Of a stretch of DNA of 64,000 nucleotides, positions 36,290 to 49,307 are shown one piece after another. The notes under the pieces are model-generated. The model searched no databases and was not told the origin of the DNA. It saw only the letters and a program-made list of their open reading frames with translations. The first letter of the stretch is position 1; the number at the start of each line of letters is the position of its first letter. Location: assembly GCA_964188305.1 (NCBI GenBank), contig OZ076888.1. The stretch is one strand, 5' to 3'. The position numbers and the translations under genes are program-made. Source of the DNA: Podarcis bocagei (Eukaryota).

Positions 36290-36760
36290 TTTGAATAATT
36301 CTAAAGATATTGTTGCCAAATTTGGTACAAAAGTTCCCACGGTGGGGGGGGGGGCGGTGTTGGTTGATGTTTGGACACTGACCACCATTTTTAATCAAGA
36401 TGGCAGATCAGAAAATTACTTTGGAGTGACTTCTCCCATTTTATAGCATAGCTTTGGCTGCCTATTGAGTTTTCTTCACCAAACTCAGCATGAAGGTTCC
36501 AGAGGTGAGTGTGGCAGACTTCATCACCATGTGGATGCCAGACACATTTTGAATCAAGATGGTGGACCAAAACGTCACTTTGATGTGACTCTGCCTGAAT
36601 TCTGACATAGCTTCCTCTGCCTTGCCAAACTTGGCACGGGGGTACCTGAAGTTGAGGTTAAGCTCTTCATTGATGTTTGGATGCCAGGCATGATTTTGAA
36701 TCAAGATGGTTGGCCAAACATGACATTGGTGTGATTTCACCAGACTTTTGGCGTGAGAGG
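36290..36760. repeat. Degenerate ~150-bp tandem repeat (about 3 units)
   Basis: ATTTT(G/T)AATCAAGATGG recurs with CAAGATGG at 36396, 36555, 36702; CCAAA.TTGG and GATGTTTGGA blocks also recur. Confidence 0.7.
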
Positions 36761-38803
36761 TCCAAGCTCACAAATTCCACAATCCATTTTTAAAAATCAT
36801 AATATTTTTTGGATTCTAAAAATTTCAATGCATTGGCAGACCCTCCCTGTTACGTTTCCTATAAAGCAGAACAGGAATTTCATAGGGTCTAAGCATGATA
36901 CCTAGGAATGATGGAGGACCAAACTTTCATTTATTTGCCTGGTGATAATGGCAATACATGCCATCCTTAGGTTGATTAAACTCTGTCATTTTTGTTATCA
37001 TGGGAACAGGGGCACAAACTTTGGCTCTGTGCTGTGCAAATATGTTAGTAATTCTAATTAAAAACGTTAATTTAAGAAGTTAACAAACTGCTTAATTGTC
37101 TGTAATTGTTCCTGATGTTGCATTGGTATCTGATGATTGTCATCTGAAATTAATATTCCTGTGCTCATGTATATCAGCATCTGGGAATAGCCAAGATAGT
37201 AATGATGCCACTAATCATGCGGGGCTTCATTTCAGCTACAGCGTGCAAACCAAGTAAGAGGTTGCATTTTCTGCTTAGCTTTCATAAGAATTAGTATTGA
37301 CCTTTCATAATATTAGCTGGCTTTCTGATTAAACCAGTTTAGAGTCACTCTCTTTCCTTTCCCTTTTCTAACTATATTACAATTTTAACAAGATGAGAAA
37401 TACTGTCTGTACTCTGGTCAGAGCTTATTTTGCCAGATTTCCCTTTATTTCAGACGCACTGAAACAGTGATTAAATAGGAAACTACAACACAACCCAGCA
37501 GTACTATTCTTTTATTTTAATGACCAGATATATCTAAAGAAATAGGCTATATACATTATATAAAAAATAAAAGACTTAAACCCAGGCCATCAGTTAAAAT
37601 GAAATCCATATCAGTTTGTTTTATATTGTACCTTTCCATGCAGAATTCTGTGGCTGTAACCCAAATGCCTACTTTAAATATGCCCAAAGGCTTGTGAGAT
37701 GTACAGTGGGGGTTTTTTCTTTTCCTCTGAACCATGATCCCCCCCCCCAAATACAATATTAGAAACTCTTCTGATTTTAAAATTGTTTACAGAGGAGTCA
37801 GGTAATATTTTGCTGATGTTTCACCCCCTGATGCTAAAGTACAGATTTTCAAGGTCTGGATTCCCTCTTGGGAAATTGCTGTTGTCCTGGAACCTATACC
37901 ATTCCTTAATTGAAAATGTTTGCTTCTAATGGCTTTTTATATTTCCTTGATATAGTGTAGCCCCCACTCCCTCCAAATAATCTATTGTAGAGCCTAATAA
38001 TACCCAATATACATAAGTAAAGTGAATATATAAATAAGGAAATACGTGGGATGTTCTCTAAGCAGCTAGTTCAGCTTTGACACAGCAATTTTTTACCCAT
38101 TTAAAAAGCCTTACTTTCATACCACCAATGGAGCATACATTCAATCTAACCTGGAAACAACCACAGTTTGACGTGAAACTCTCAGCCGATGTTACTTAGG
38201 CCAAAAACAAAACCTATTTGCATTATGAGGTAGCATTAGAGTTGAACTCCCCTTGGCCTGGTCAGTCATCAGGAATGAATATATTGGTGAAAATATTGAC
38301 AGACAAGCCACCCTGAATGAATGCATATACCTCATCCAGATGTAATGATAAGCTGTGGCTTTTCACTACAGAAATAAGCCTAAATGGGCTTTGTGCTCCT
38401 CCCTCATCTGGTTCAGTCACAAGGAGTCTGGAAGCTTTCACTTCTGCTTTTGACTAACTGCAGCTTGCCATTTTGCTGACTGTGCCTGATGGGGCTTGGA
38501 AGTCCAATAAACACATGGAGGGCCAAAGATTTCCCATCCCTGTTGTAATGATAAATTGCTTTATTATTCACCCAAATGCAGCCACAGCCTCTTAAGCACC
38601 CTCTTTTATCATTTATAATAAAAAAATAAGCTATACTTGCATTTAGATCACTTTCAGATGTTCTTAAATTCTTAAACTTCATAAATTTAGTGACCTAAAT
38701 GTCATGTTGTTATAGCATTGAGGTTGTGCTGGATGCCTTCTGGGATTACCTTCCAGCACTTTGATTTAATAGTTGTAATTCTTGAATCTGCAGAAGAGGA
38801 GGG

Positions 38804-38815
38804 TCTGTCTATCTA

Positions 38816-38862
<47 letters not shown>

Positions 38863-38868
38863 CTATCT
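38804..38868. repeat. (TCTG)n/(TCTA)n compound microsatellite
   Basis: Read directly. Confidence 0.93.
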
Positions 38869-39009
38869 TCATTTGCTTTTGTTAAGTAGATAGCATGGGC
38901 CTTCAGTGATGCAAAGCGTTGGCATAGACGCCAGACAGCTGAATATGGTGGCAGGGCTGGGGCATGTCTTCCTTTCCCTTGCCTTGGTTGGAGGTGGTAT
39001 CATTTAGAG

Positions 39010-39259
39010 CAGGGGTCAGCAAACTTTTTCAGCAGGAGGCCAGTCCACTGTCCCTCAGACCTTGTGGGGGGCCGGACTATATTTTGAAAAAAGAAATGAA
39101 CGAATTCCTATGCCACACAAATAACCCAGAGATGCATTTTAAATAAAAGCACACATTCTACTCATGTAAAAACACGTTGATTCCTGGACCATCCGCGGGG
39201 CAGATTTAGAAGGCGATTGGGCCAGATCTGGCCCCCGGGCCTTAGTTTGCCTACCCATG
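39010..39259. mobile_element. hAT-Charlie-like non-autonomous DNA transposon
   Basis: CAGGGGTCAGCAAACT / AGTTTGCCTACCCATG termini; 8-bp TSD ATTTAGAG / ATCTAGAG. Confidence 0.85.
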
Positions 39260-41972
39260 ATCTAGAGGTCTAGCACTTAGAACTTGAGATCTGACTTGCT
39301 CAAAGCTATGGCCTTGGTGGTTCTCTTATCATATTGAGTGGAGCAGCAGGATCTATTGCAGTGTTAATGCTGCAAATCTTTCTTCTTACGCTAACATGGA
39401 ATATATAAAAATAAACCTTATATCACAGAAGCTCCATAAGTTTCCAGTGACCTTTACTTCAAGGAAACCAAGAGATGTGCTGAACACCCTGAAACATTTT
39501 ATTCCTTGGAATGCATGTAACAATATTTTGGAAAATTATCACAGCACTTCGCAGAAGACTTAACACAGAAAATAGTTCTTAAGATTTTGGGACTTAAACT
39601 AATGTCTGAAGTGACTCTTAGAAGATTAAGCAACCAAGAGCAATGGACATATTCATTCTGAATGTTAACCTAAAATGTAGTTGAGTAGTAAGCCTTTTTA
39701 CTTATCGTTGAATTTTAAATAAACATTCATTGGCTTAGGTTGTCATAGAGTAGGTTGAGCAATTACTTACTGTACATCTAATAGACATATTTGCAATCAG
39801 ATGACATACATTCTTTATAATGTAAAAGAGTTATTTAGAGGAAACACAAACATGGTGGATCAAGGCGTGTTTAGTTGTGCTGCGAAAAAACCAGAATGCT
39901 TCTCCATCAGTGGAGGGAGATCAGCTATATTTATGGGTTGTGTGAATTTTTTTCATTCTTTGCTAACTAAAATCAGTTTAACAGGCATCATCTAGAGAAA
40001 TATGTAAATTAATAATTACTTCATGCATTATTCAGTGAAAAGCTTATTTTGTATCATTGATAGCTCTTATCTTATATAAAGATATGCTAATGGATTTAAT
40101 TAAAATAATTATACTGAATAATGTACCCTGAACTTTACCCTAAAGTAGTTCATATTAATCACCATCCACAGATATATTTTTAGTCAGAAAGACAATTATA
40201 AATTTGATGGTTAATGGATAACAAAAACTTAGAGAATGATTAAGTTACTCTAGACATGGCTGCCTTGGCTCTGGTGGGGCACTGTTTCCTGCCATGGAGA
40301 TATAGGTATAATATGGGTATATTAAATATATTTAGACCTAGGCTCCATCTCAGACAAAAGAAAACACAAGTTAGCGTAACCCACATTGGACCTCAACATG
40401 CAAGCAAAATATAGATCAAGCTGACCAAGATGACTGTCTCTTACTGGTAAAGTTACATTGCACCCAACACACACTGCAGAATATAGAAGGGTACAAGATT
40501 GTACTGCTAAAAGATCAAGAAAGATCACAAAGGAAGCTGAAGAGTAAATATAAAAGGAGAGCCACATCTTGTGCAGTAATAATAGAGCAAAAATAGAGCC
40601 TTCCTTAGCTGTCAATATTATGAATGCCAAATATTGGGTTCTGTGAAGTTATAGAGAGTCTCAACTGCATATGAGACTCTGAGGGAACCTGACTTGCCAT
40701 CCACAATGCATACATTAGATCAAGTCCCTTCTTTCCACAGACGTGTTGCAAAGGAGATAAATATGGGGTTGTCTGGTAGTGGTGCAGAAAAGGTTGCTTT
40801 GTTCCATAGTTGCAGTATGAGAGCACTGTACAAAACACCATAAAGATCTATTTTTATAATGTTTATTTACTGTCACACGTGTGTTAGGTGTTTTATAATA
40901 AGTTGTATAATATTTTTCCTGATGGTTTAGACTGAGTCTACGGATGCTAAAGGATACAGAAGGAAGAAGATGGGGATTGACAAGAGTATTTAAGGATAAG
41001 GGATGGTGAGGTGTGGAAATAGAGTCAAGGCATAGGTTCAGGAAGGCCTATCCTGAAGGAAGTAGTAGCCTTGTAAATATATGGGAGGAGACATTTTCGA
41101 AGTATAGGAACCAGGATGGCAGAATGTGCACAACTGAAGATAGGACACTAGCAGATCGACTTAAAAGAAATGGAAAGAGGAAGAAAGAGAATAGTGGAAG
41201 AGGAGAGTAAAAGAGAAGAGACAGTTTGGGAATCTTACACATAAACTTTACTTGCTTTATATTAGTTCAGAGATCAACAGAGAAGGTAATGGAGAAAGTG
41301 ATCTTGGCAAATTGACTGATGGGTGAAAGCATTGCTGAAAAGAAGGGTACTAGAGTGACCATGGCTCAGAGAAGTCCCAGGCTGAATCCTTGGCACCTAA
41401 TAATAATAATAGAAAAAGTTTGGCAGGGCGCTTGATTTGAATTGTAGTCAAAAGAAACAGTGGACTTGAGGATGGATCAGTTGCCACTATTTGCTGGCTC
41501 TGTGTGCTGATTACAGTGTTACTCTTCATTTTGGGAACAAGTTCCATATTTTTAGCCTTTTGTTTTAAATGCTTGGCTGGAAATCTGGTGGATTCATATA
41601 TTAAGAGAAATGATCTAACTTTGAGAACGTAAGAGCCAATAAGTTCCCAGTTCAAATTTTGTTTCACTCATGATCTCAATTAACGAAATAATTGTTTCCC
41701 ATCTTTGTGAGCCTCACTGCTTGTAAGAGATAAAAGGGTTATTGTAAAAGTTATTGAGATATCATGAAGCAGTTTGCAGTATTAAAATGCTATAGAGGTA
41801 AGGTTTTTTATGTTAGTGGTAATATTGGCTTTTATTTTTTATTTTATTCAACATTAAATTGAGTTGCACATGATTTCAGTTTAGCATTACATTTCAAATC
41901 AAATCATTTATTGCTTAGCTAACAGTCACTACATTTACCATTAAATTGTACATTTATTCTTTTCCATTTTAG

Positions 41973-42043
41973 GGAGCTGCACTTAAATATTTGCCAACCA
42001 TTGTGAATGATGTGAAACTTGTTTTTGACCCCAAAGAACTTAG
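41973..42043 (+). CDS. DOCK1: DOCK1 exon (~24), 71 nt
   Basis: ttttag| ... |gtaaga; GAALKYLPTIVNDVKLVFDPKEL(S). Confidence 0.96.
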
Positions 42044-42369
42044 GTAAGAGTCAAAATGTTTGCTATGCTTTTAGCTTTTAGTCCTTGATATATAATTTTT
42101 TAACTTGTTTTTGTATGTGTGTAAAGACTATATATGATTGGTATTTTATTGCTGCAGTAGAAATCTGGCACCCAAAATGATTAACTATAATCAGTTCCTG
42201 AAGGCATAGGGAGCAAACATATTTCACTTTCAGTATACATATTTTTTCAGATAAATGTTGTTGACCTTCATAGGTTATAGATTATACAATGAGTGTCAAA
42301 GATTTTTAAAAATGTTGAGCCGACAGAATCTTTAATTTTTTTGTTACGTACCACATTTTAGACTTTATT

Positions 42370-43015
42370 CATATGCACGCTTACTTGGGACTAAACCCTG
42401 TTAAGCTCAGCAGGACTTCTGAGTAAATGTGCATTGGTTTTGCACTATTATACATATATTTTTCAGTACAAATGTACTGAAGTTTATTTTAATTATTTCT
42501 TTATCAAGGACATCTCAGAGCAGATTCTAATATTGCTATTAAGTTTAACAATTCTTACTGTTTCAATATGCAAGTCTAAATGACTTCTATGAATTTAACT
42601 TGTGTTGTGTTGTATATTATATTATATTTGATTTGATTTGATTTGATTTGATTTGATTTGTGTGGGCATTATAACCATAGATGGGTAGAACTAGGAGAGC
42701 CCCAAATGGAGTGTGTAAATGATTCCAAAACAGTGGACCGGGGTGGGGTGGATAAAATCATCAAAGCTTGCTTTTTAAACTAAAAAAACAAATAATTCCC
42801 TTGGTGAGATTAATATTTATTTTATGGTGATGTCCTATGCTTGCTTACTCAGAAGTAATTTCCACTAACTTCATTTGCCCTTACTCCTAGGCAAGATTAT
42901 GGCCTTAATGTGTCTGTGTCCATGCATATGCAAGTGTGTGTTGCAGCTTACACACTTACTTGGGAGTAAGGCCCAGTGAACTCTGAGTCTTACTTCTGAG
43001 TAGACAAGCATATGA
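42370..43015. mobile_element. Cluster of three short palindromic MITE-like repeats (ACTTACTTGGGAGTAAG..ACTTCTGAGTA family)
   Basis: Copies near 42372, 42832 and 42945; relatives near 25735 and 55795. Confidence 0.55.
42599..42660. repeat. Compound pentanucleotide microsatellite ending in (ATTTG)7
   Basis: TTGTG, ATATT then ATTTG blocks read directly. Confidence 0.9.
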
Positions 43016-43982
43016 TGTTACTTCGAGTCATTTGTTTATTTACAATCAAGCGCTGTATACATTTTATGACATAAATACTGGCAGGAGCCAAGATCCTCAT
43101 GTGAATCAATCAGTTGACCTGCAGAAATCTTTATTTGCATTGGACTTTCAAAGAGATTATGGGGCAGGGTTGGAGAAGGGATTAAAAACAGGAATTCCTG
43201 TATGGCAGTTGTGTTGGGTGAGAAGGGTGTTTCAGTCCTTCTGGGCATAAGACTCCAGTCAGATTAGAAGGGAAATGAAGAGCTATAACCAGCCTGTTGT
43301 TCTTAGTTTGTTTTGCTACATAACTGGATAGGAAGACTGTATGCCTTGTAAGTGATGAGGTCTCCAGGTCAGAAAAGTTTGCCATGGAATTCTTGTTTAC
43401 ACAAGCGAGGGTCTAGGGTCATGTTAGACCACAGTTCGAGGTTGTTATTGTATATTAACATACTAGCTTCCAGTTTGTTTTTAGGAAATGCTGGTATTGT
43501 TGCCTTAAATTCCATGGTAACAACCTTAGAATCCAAGCAAGCTAGAAGGGTTAAAGCTGGGCATATCTTCAAATTTTTACCTAAGTATGTCTTGATATTG
43601 CAGTCAAAGTGAATAAGCAGGGTTTGATTAATCACACCTTTTTAGTTAAGTCTGAAGTTGTCCTTTCAATCAAGTAAAATAGACTGATACTGCAGCAATC
43701 TTAGGAACTGTCTTACCAGAATAAATGATTGCAGAAATTCTGAGATTTGTGAAGTATCCAGTTTCCAGCTCATGAAGCCATATAAGAGCACCAAAAAGTG
43801 TTTTGTAGTTTGAGCTGAGTCTTGCAAATTAACGAGGAGTTTGGAATAATATATTTATATCGGGAAAATGTTTTTTTTAAAAAAGCTTTTCAAAACTCTC
43901 ACATTTAAAAAACATTTTACTGAAATGGTTAACTCCTTCATTCTGTTAATTTTCTTTTTGTTTCTCCCCCCTCCCGCCCCAG

Positions 43983-44089
43983 CAAGCTATTCACAGATTT
44001 TATACTGAATGTTCCAATGGGCCGTCTCACAATTCAGAAGCTATATTGTTTGATTGAAATAGTTCACAGTGACCTTTTCACTCAGCATG
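43983..44089 (+). CDS. DOCK1: DOCK1 exon (~25), 107 nt
   Basis: ccccag| ... |gtaagg; KLFTDFILNVPMGRLTIQKLYCLIEIVHSDLFTQH(D). Confidence 0.96.
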
Positions 44090-44939
44090 GTAAGGAAAAA
44101 AATAAATCACAGAATCTTAAAAGAATCATTGAATTGTCTCATTATTTGCTATCTGCCAATCTTTGTCAGGGCCAGCTATTCCTTGCTGCAGATAGCAGTT
44201 GAGGTTGTAGCCAAGGATCCACAACCTTCATTGCAAGTGCAAATGTATATATATTTGTAGAATAAAAGTTACAGAACTATCTGGTTGGTCCACATGTAAA
44301 GTGATGCCTAGCTTGGCTGTCCTTAGGCTCACATCCTTCTTTGCGTTTCCTACCTATTTCTTTGATCAGTTGTCTTATAGCCTAACTGGGCAAAGTATGC
44401 TTTGCCTTCAAATCCGACATGAAAACCATATTTGGGTTTGTGGCATCCCATAATTAAATTATACATTTAATTGCACAGTACAAAGAAACTGTGGAGGAAT
44501 GAAGTAGCATGTTTGCTAAGCACTTCAGGGATAAAAGCTGCTCCAGCCAAGATAACGGGTCAGTATCCAGATGTGTCCATAACCTAGTCTTGTATTGTTA
44601 GATGAATGACGTTCTTGGATAAATATGGCCTTCTTCTGTATGCTTTCTCCTTGTCCCTCTTGCCTTACAACATGGAGCAGGCAGGAATTGATTAGCTACA
44701 CCCTATTTACGAGAAGTGTAGTCTCAACAGCCCTTTCGGAAGTTACTTGTTTTAAATATATATATACTCATACCTTTGTGCCTGACAGTAGGAGGCTGCT
44801 GGTGAAAAAAAGCAACACATAAGAGGCAGTGGTGACTTATGTAAGTTCAGGATGGGACAAAAGATGGAAAATGTCCACTTCCCAGACATTTGATGTTGCT
44901 GCTGTAGCTGTTTTCAGCACTTGTCAGACTGCTTCTGAA

Positions 44940-45215
44940 AATTCTCTGGACCTGGAAGATTGTGATAACTATTGGCTACTTGTAAACATTCCCTTTCTGA
45001 GCAAGGTGCTCAAAGTAGGTGGTTGCTCTGCAACTCCCAAGATCTTGTGGACGATTATCTACTTTCAATTCAATCTGGATTTAAGCTTAGTTTTTGGTGC
45101 TGAAGCTGTTTTTGTTGCCCCAAGGAATGGCCTCTGCCAGAAAAAGAACAGGGGAAGCACAAGCCCGCTAATCTTCTCTGTGGGTTTCAGTATCATCAGC
45201 CATGGTATTCCCTTT
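44940..45215 (+). mobile_element. Decayed L2 reverse-transcriptase fragment
   Basis: LDLEDCDNYWLLVNIPFLSKVLK resembles LDP..NYRPVSNLPFLSKVLE; FGAEAVFVA and FSIISHGI resemble GTETALV and FDTIDHGI. Confidence 0.7.
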
Positions 45216-47176
45216 TTTAATTTACAAGCATATATTCCCTTGACTCTGTAGAAACCACTACCTTTATTTGGGCCAGCCCTTTTTGCTTCAAAACTCTGAG
45301 ATACATAGCCACTTGAATTTGCTATGAGAGGCAATGCCTGGTGACTCTTTTCAGTGTTCCTGGGGGGGGGGGTGCAGTGCTGTACCTAATGCTACACTTT
45401 GCTTGTGCAGTATGATTGCACTACACAGTCCAACAATATTGTTCTTTTCCTTTGGGTGACTCAAGCTGAGTTCTTGAATACATTTCATTGAATTTAAGGT
45501 ACATTGAGTCATGCATGCTTTCAGGCTGTTAGTGATTTTGAGGACCCATAAAACTATTTTTACAGTTTAATAAAATCCTGCACTAGGTTTTGAGTTTCAA
45601 CGTTTTCCTTTTTGTAAAACATATAGATATCTAGCTATAGGTAAGAATAAACGGCCACTCTCTGACATAAGTTATGACAATGTAATAGTACAAAGCCTCT
45701 CTCTTTTTCTGTTTTTGTGCAATTCTTTCTCCCTATAATTTCTTGTTTATAGTACCACATATAAACTATGTGGAGGCAGATATCTGAAGTTCAGTATTCG
45801 CTGTGACCTGCCATAGTGAATACATTTTTTTATAAAGCTTATGATCATGCCAGCAAAGATTCTGGATTTGTATTGACACCCCAAAATTACCAATGTAATA
45901 ATAGTAATAATGAGCACATTTTGGTAATTGAGTGTTCAGAGAGATGAACGTTGTGGTTATATGGGCAGGGGCTTTAATATGGATTACATACATTGAATTA
46001 TAGATTATTCCCACACCCTGTAACTTGTATGTGTCTGGTTGTGGAAAAGATCAAAACGGAACTAGGCGTCTGAAAGTTTCGTAAAAGATTTTTCTCTTCT
46101 TCACTGTGGACTTTACTTAGAGGTGAAGTCAGCATATTTGAAAAATGAATCAAGTGGAGCTGGTGACCGGAACACAGGTTAGGACTGTGATAAATAGGCT
46201 TCCTTGATGTTGAAAGATGTGCAAGCCACAAATACCCCTACCAATGTCAGCTTAAAACTTAGTATTCTGCTTGGATGTAGTACGCTGTGAAATTATAAAT
46301 GGCAGTATGTTTGTCTTCCAGTTTCAACAGAATTCTTAATTCTTTTAAAAATTGCATTTCAATCATGCTCAGATATTTGGGAAGATGCCTCAGTAAAAAT
46401 ACCTCCCTCCACTCCAGAAAAGAAAATTAAAAAAGGAACTTCTATCCAAAAAAATGTTCATACTGGGAGGACCGTTTGGAATGATTTTTTGATGATGATG
46501 ATTATGAATACGGTATTATGGTATTGGAACAATGACAATATTTCCTGTATTTTGAATTTTCTAGATTATTTGTTGCATTCTTGGTGAGTTCTGGGCACAA
46601 GGCTTGTAGGGGAAAGAGGCAGTCTCCAGTCTGTGTTGAGCACAGAACATGCAGGACCTCAGATAGTTCCCATGGGCTCTGCTAAGTCAGCTACAAGTTA
46701 TTGCAGGGGACTTATCCTTTTTAGTAAGAGGATGGAAACAAGAGTTGTGTCTTTCAGGTAGGAAGGCCCTGAATAAGGTACTGATGAAGTAGCCCAAACC
46801 TTGTCCTCATTTGAGTCTTCAGTACTATGCAAAGTCCCTTGGTTGGTCAGTCATGGCAATTCTATATTATGGAGATCTAGACCTAGATTAGTAAAATGAT
46901 AAATTGCCTTATCCAGTTGTTAGAAGCCTTTATCCTAAATATGCACTTAGGATGAATGAATCAATTAATGGTCTCTAGTCAAGGTAGGCATATCTTAGAG
47001 CTCGTCAGAAAAATTCCCAGTAAGATCTCCTGTACCAGTTAAACTTGCTCAGTCCCCCTGATTAAATTCTAATCTTCATGTCTGCCTTTGAGCCTATGAG
47101 TAAGTATCTTTATGTAGAGTGCTCACTGACTAGTGGATCCCAGTTGGATCCACTAGTCATCATGGTGTGACCCACG

Positions 47177-47531
47177 GGGACGCGGGTGGCACTGTGGGTT
47201 AAACCACAGAGCCTAGGACTTGCCGATCAGAAGGTCGGCAGTTTGAATCCCCGCGACTGGGTGAGCTCCCGTTGCTTGGTCCCTGCTCCTGCCAACCTAG
47301 CAGTTCGAAAGCACGTCAAGGTGCAAGTAGATAAATAGGTACCGCTCCGGCGGGAAGGTAAACGGCGTTTCCGTGTGCTGCTCTGGTTCGCCAGAAGTGG
47401 CTTAGTCTTGCTGGCCACATGGCCCGGAAGTTGTACACTGGCTCCCTCGGCCAATAAAGCGAGATGAGCGCCGCAACCCCAGAGTTGGCCACGACTGGAC
47501 CTAATGGTCAGGGGTCCCTTTACCTTTAACT
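47177..47531 (+). mobile_element. Full-length Sauria SINE (Podarcis-type)
   Basis: GGGACGCGGGTGGCACTGTGG head, B-box, CCTTTACCTTTA tail; colinear with 17963-18321. Confidence 0.93.
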
Positions 47532-48463
47532 TAGTTGCACCTAGCTTATTATGTGTCTGAATCTTCATTTGGCCATCAGGTTGCAACTAAGCAGATGCAC
47601 ATGGACAGTGTTTTCAGATTACAAAAAATCCAAGCATTTGAAAATTACTTGTCCATAAAATACTGGAGAACAAGCTCTTGCTGTTTTAGTCCTCATTAAA
47701 AATGTTCATATATTTTAGCGTGCTCTTGATGGCAGAGGGAACATTCAACATGGTTCAGTGGGTCACAAGTTTAACATGGCTAGCAAAATATTAGACCCCC
47801 TTAGAAGATGATGTTCATAAAGTGTTTTAAGTTCAGATTCATCAGAGTGCTTACATTTTGCTTTAACATGGCTGTGTTGCTCTGAACAGTTTTGCTTAGT
47901 TAATGGTGCCCTGCTGAGCATCTGTTTAAAAAAGATTAATACTTTATTCTTGCACATGTTCACCTGACATTAATCATCTTGGGTTAGATCTGTGCAGCAG
48001 AAGATGAACAGATGCTGAAGTATTGTTGCTTGTGGTTATTGTCTCATACTTATGAGCTGTCTTCAGCCTTGGTATTGTGAACAAGTGCATAATCCTATAG
48101 GCAACAGATTTTTTTCAAGGTCACTCATTAATCATTGTAGTGACATGCATATGACTATAGTTTGGGGATGTACCATTTCTTTATCATGATGTCTGGATAA
48201 CCAAGCGAAGAGAGAAGACACTCAGGAAAAAATGGGGAGAGTGTTTGAGGAAGGGCAAAAATCCTGCATTTCTAACTGGTTGCTTCTGATTCAACTGACA
48301 TGTATTGCAGGTAAAACAATAATGTTTGACCTCAAAAACGCCAAACAGAAAAGAATATAAATACAGAAAATTATTTTAAACCATTCCATCCACCACAGTT
48401 TAAAATCATTCCAGAAATTATTCCAAATGTGATTGCACTATAACCACATCTTGTAGATAATTA

Positions 48464-48632
48464 CCGTATTTTTTGCTCTATAACACGCACCTGACCATAA
48501 CACGCACGTAGTTTTTAGGGGAGGAAAATCCGTAGGCATGCCACCCATAGGCATTTCCTCCATAACACGCACAGACATTTCCCTTTACTTTCTAGGAGGA
48601 AAAAAGTGAGTGTTATGGTGCAAAAAATACGG
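48464..48632. mobile_element. Tc1/mariner (Tc2-like) MITE
   Basis: TA flanks; 27-bp TIR CCGTATTTTTTGC.C.ATAACAC.CAC with 3 mismatches; internal ATAACACGCAC repeats. Confidence 0.88.
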
Positions 48633-49179
48633 TAATTGTTGGGCTGTAATGTGGGAGTATTCAGGAAGTTATGTGGTTATAGCTTGTGACACATTTGCAG
48701 TCCTGTTCAGTGATTTAGTATCTGCAAATATAGACATATAAATCCATATTTTACATGTATGTTTTGCAAGTATTAATTTGGGAAATTTTACTGGAAATCA
48801 TTCTGCACCATGGACGTAATTCCACTGGGCAAGATGATATTTGAAACACCAATTTAACCTTGCATCAGTGGGTGAAATTAACCAAAAATTGCAAAGCACA
48901 CGCAATATCACACGAGCATTTTGGAGAATTAGCAATGATAATTTAATATGACTAGGATATTTATTTACTCAAAATGAAGGAAAAATGGCTTTGCCTCTTG
49001 AAACACAAATATATAATTATGAAAGAATGAAATAGAGTTATCACAAATCACAGAGACTACCCACCAGACATTGCCTGGATCGTGCACTTTAAACGTTTGG
49101 CTTCAGTTTGGAAATTTGTCATAAGCTTTGTGTTTTCAAGGTTAAGTACTTAATTACTTTTTCCCTGTTCAATATGCAG

Positions 49180-49307
49180 ACTGTAGAGAGATTTTGCTGC
49201 CAATGATGACAGATCAGCTGAAGTACCATTTGGAACGGCAGGAAGACCTGGAAGCCTGTTGCCAGTTGGTCAGCAACATCCTGGAAGTACTTTACAGGAA
49301 AGATGTG
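49180..49307 (+). CDS. DOCK1: DOCK1 exon (~26), 128 nt
   Basis: atgcag| ... |gttagt; CREILLPMMTDQLKYHLERQEDLEACCQLVSNILEVLYRKDV. Confidence 0.96.

Noticed and set aside
47129-47141. ACTAGTGGATCCC resembles a SpeI-BamHI cloning-vector polylinker
   Set aside because: Only 13 nt with no flanking vector sequence; better explained by chance plus local inversion.
47227-47586. Similar minus-strand peptides (TKPLLANQSS..RRLPSR) here and at 14998-15273 and 18102-18287, suggesting a small gene family
   Set aside because: They are antisense translations of Sauria SINE copies.
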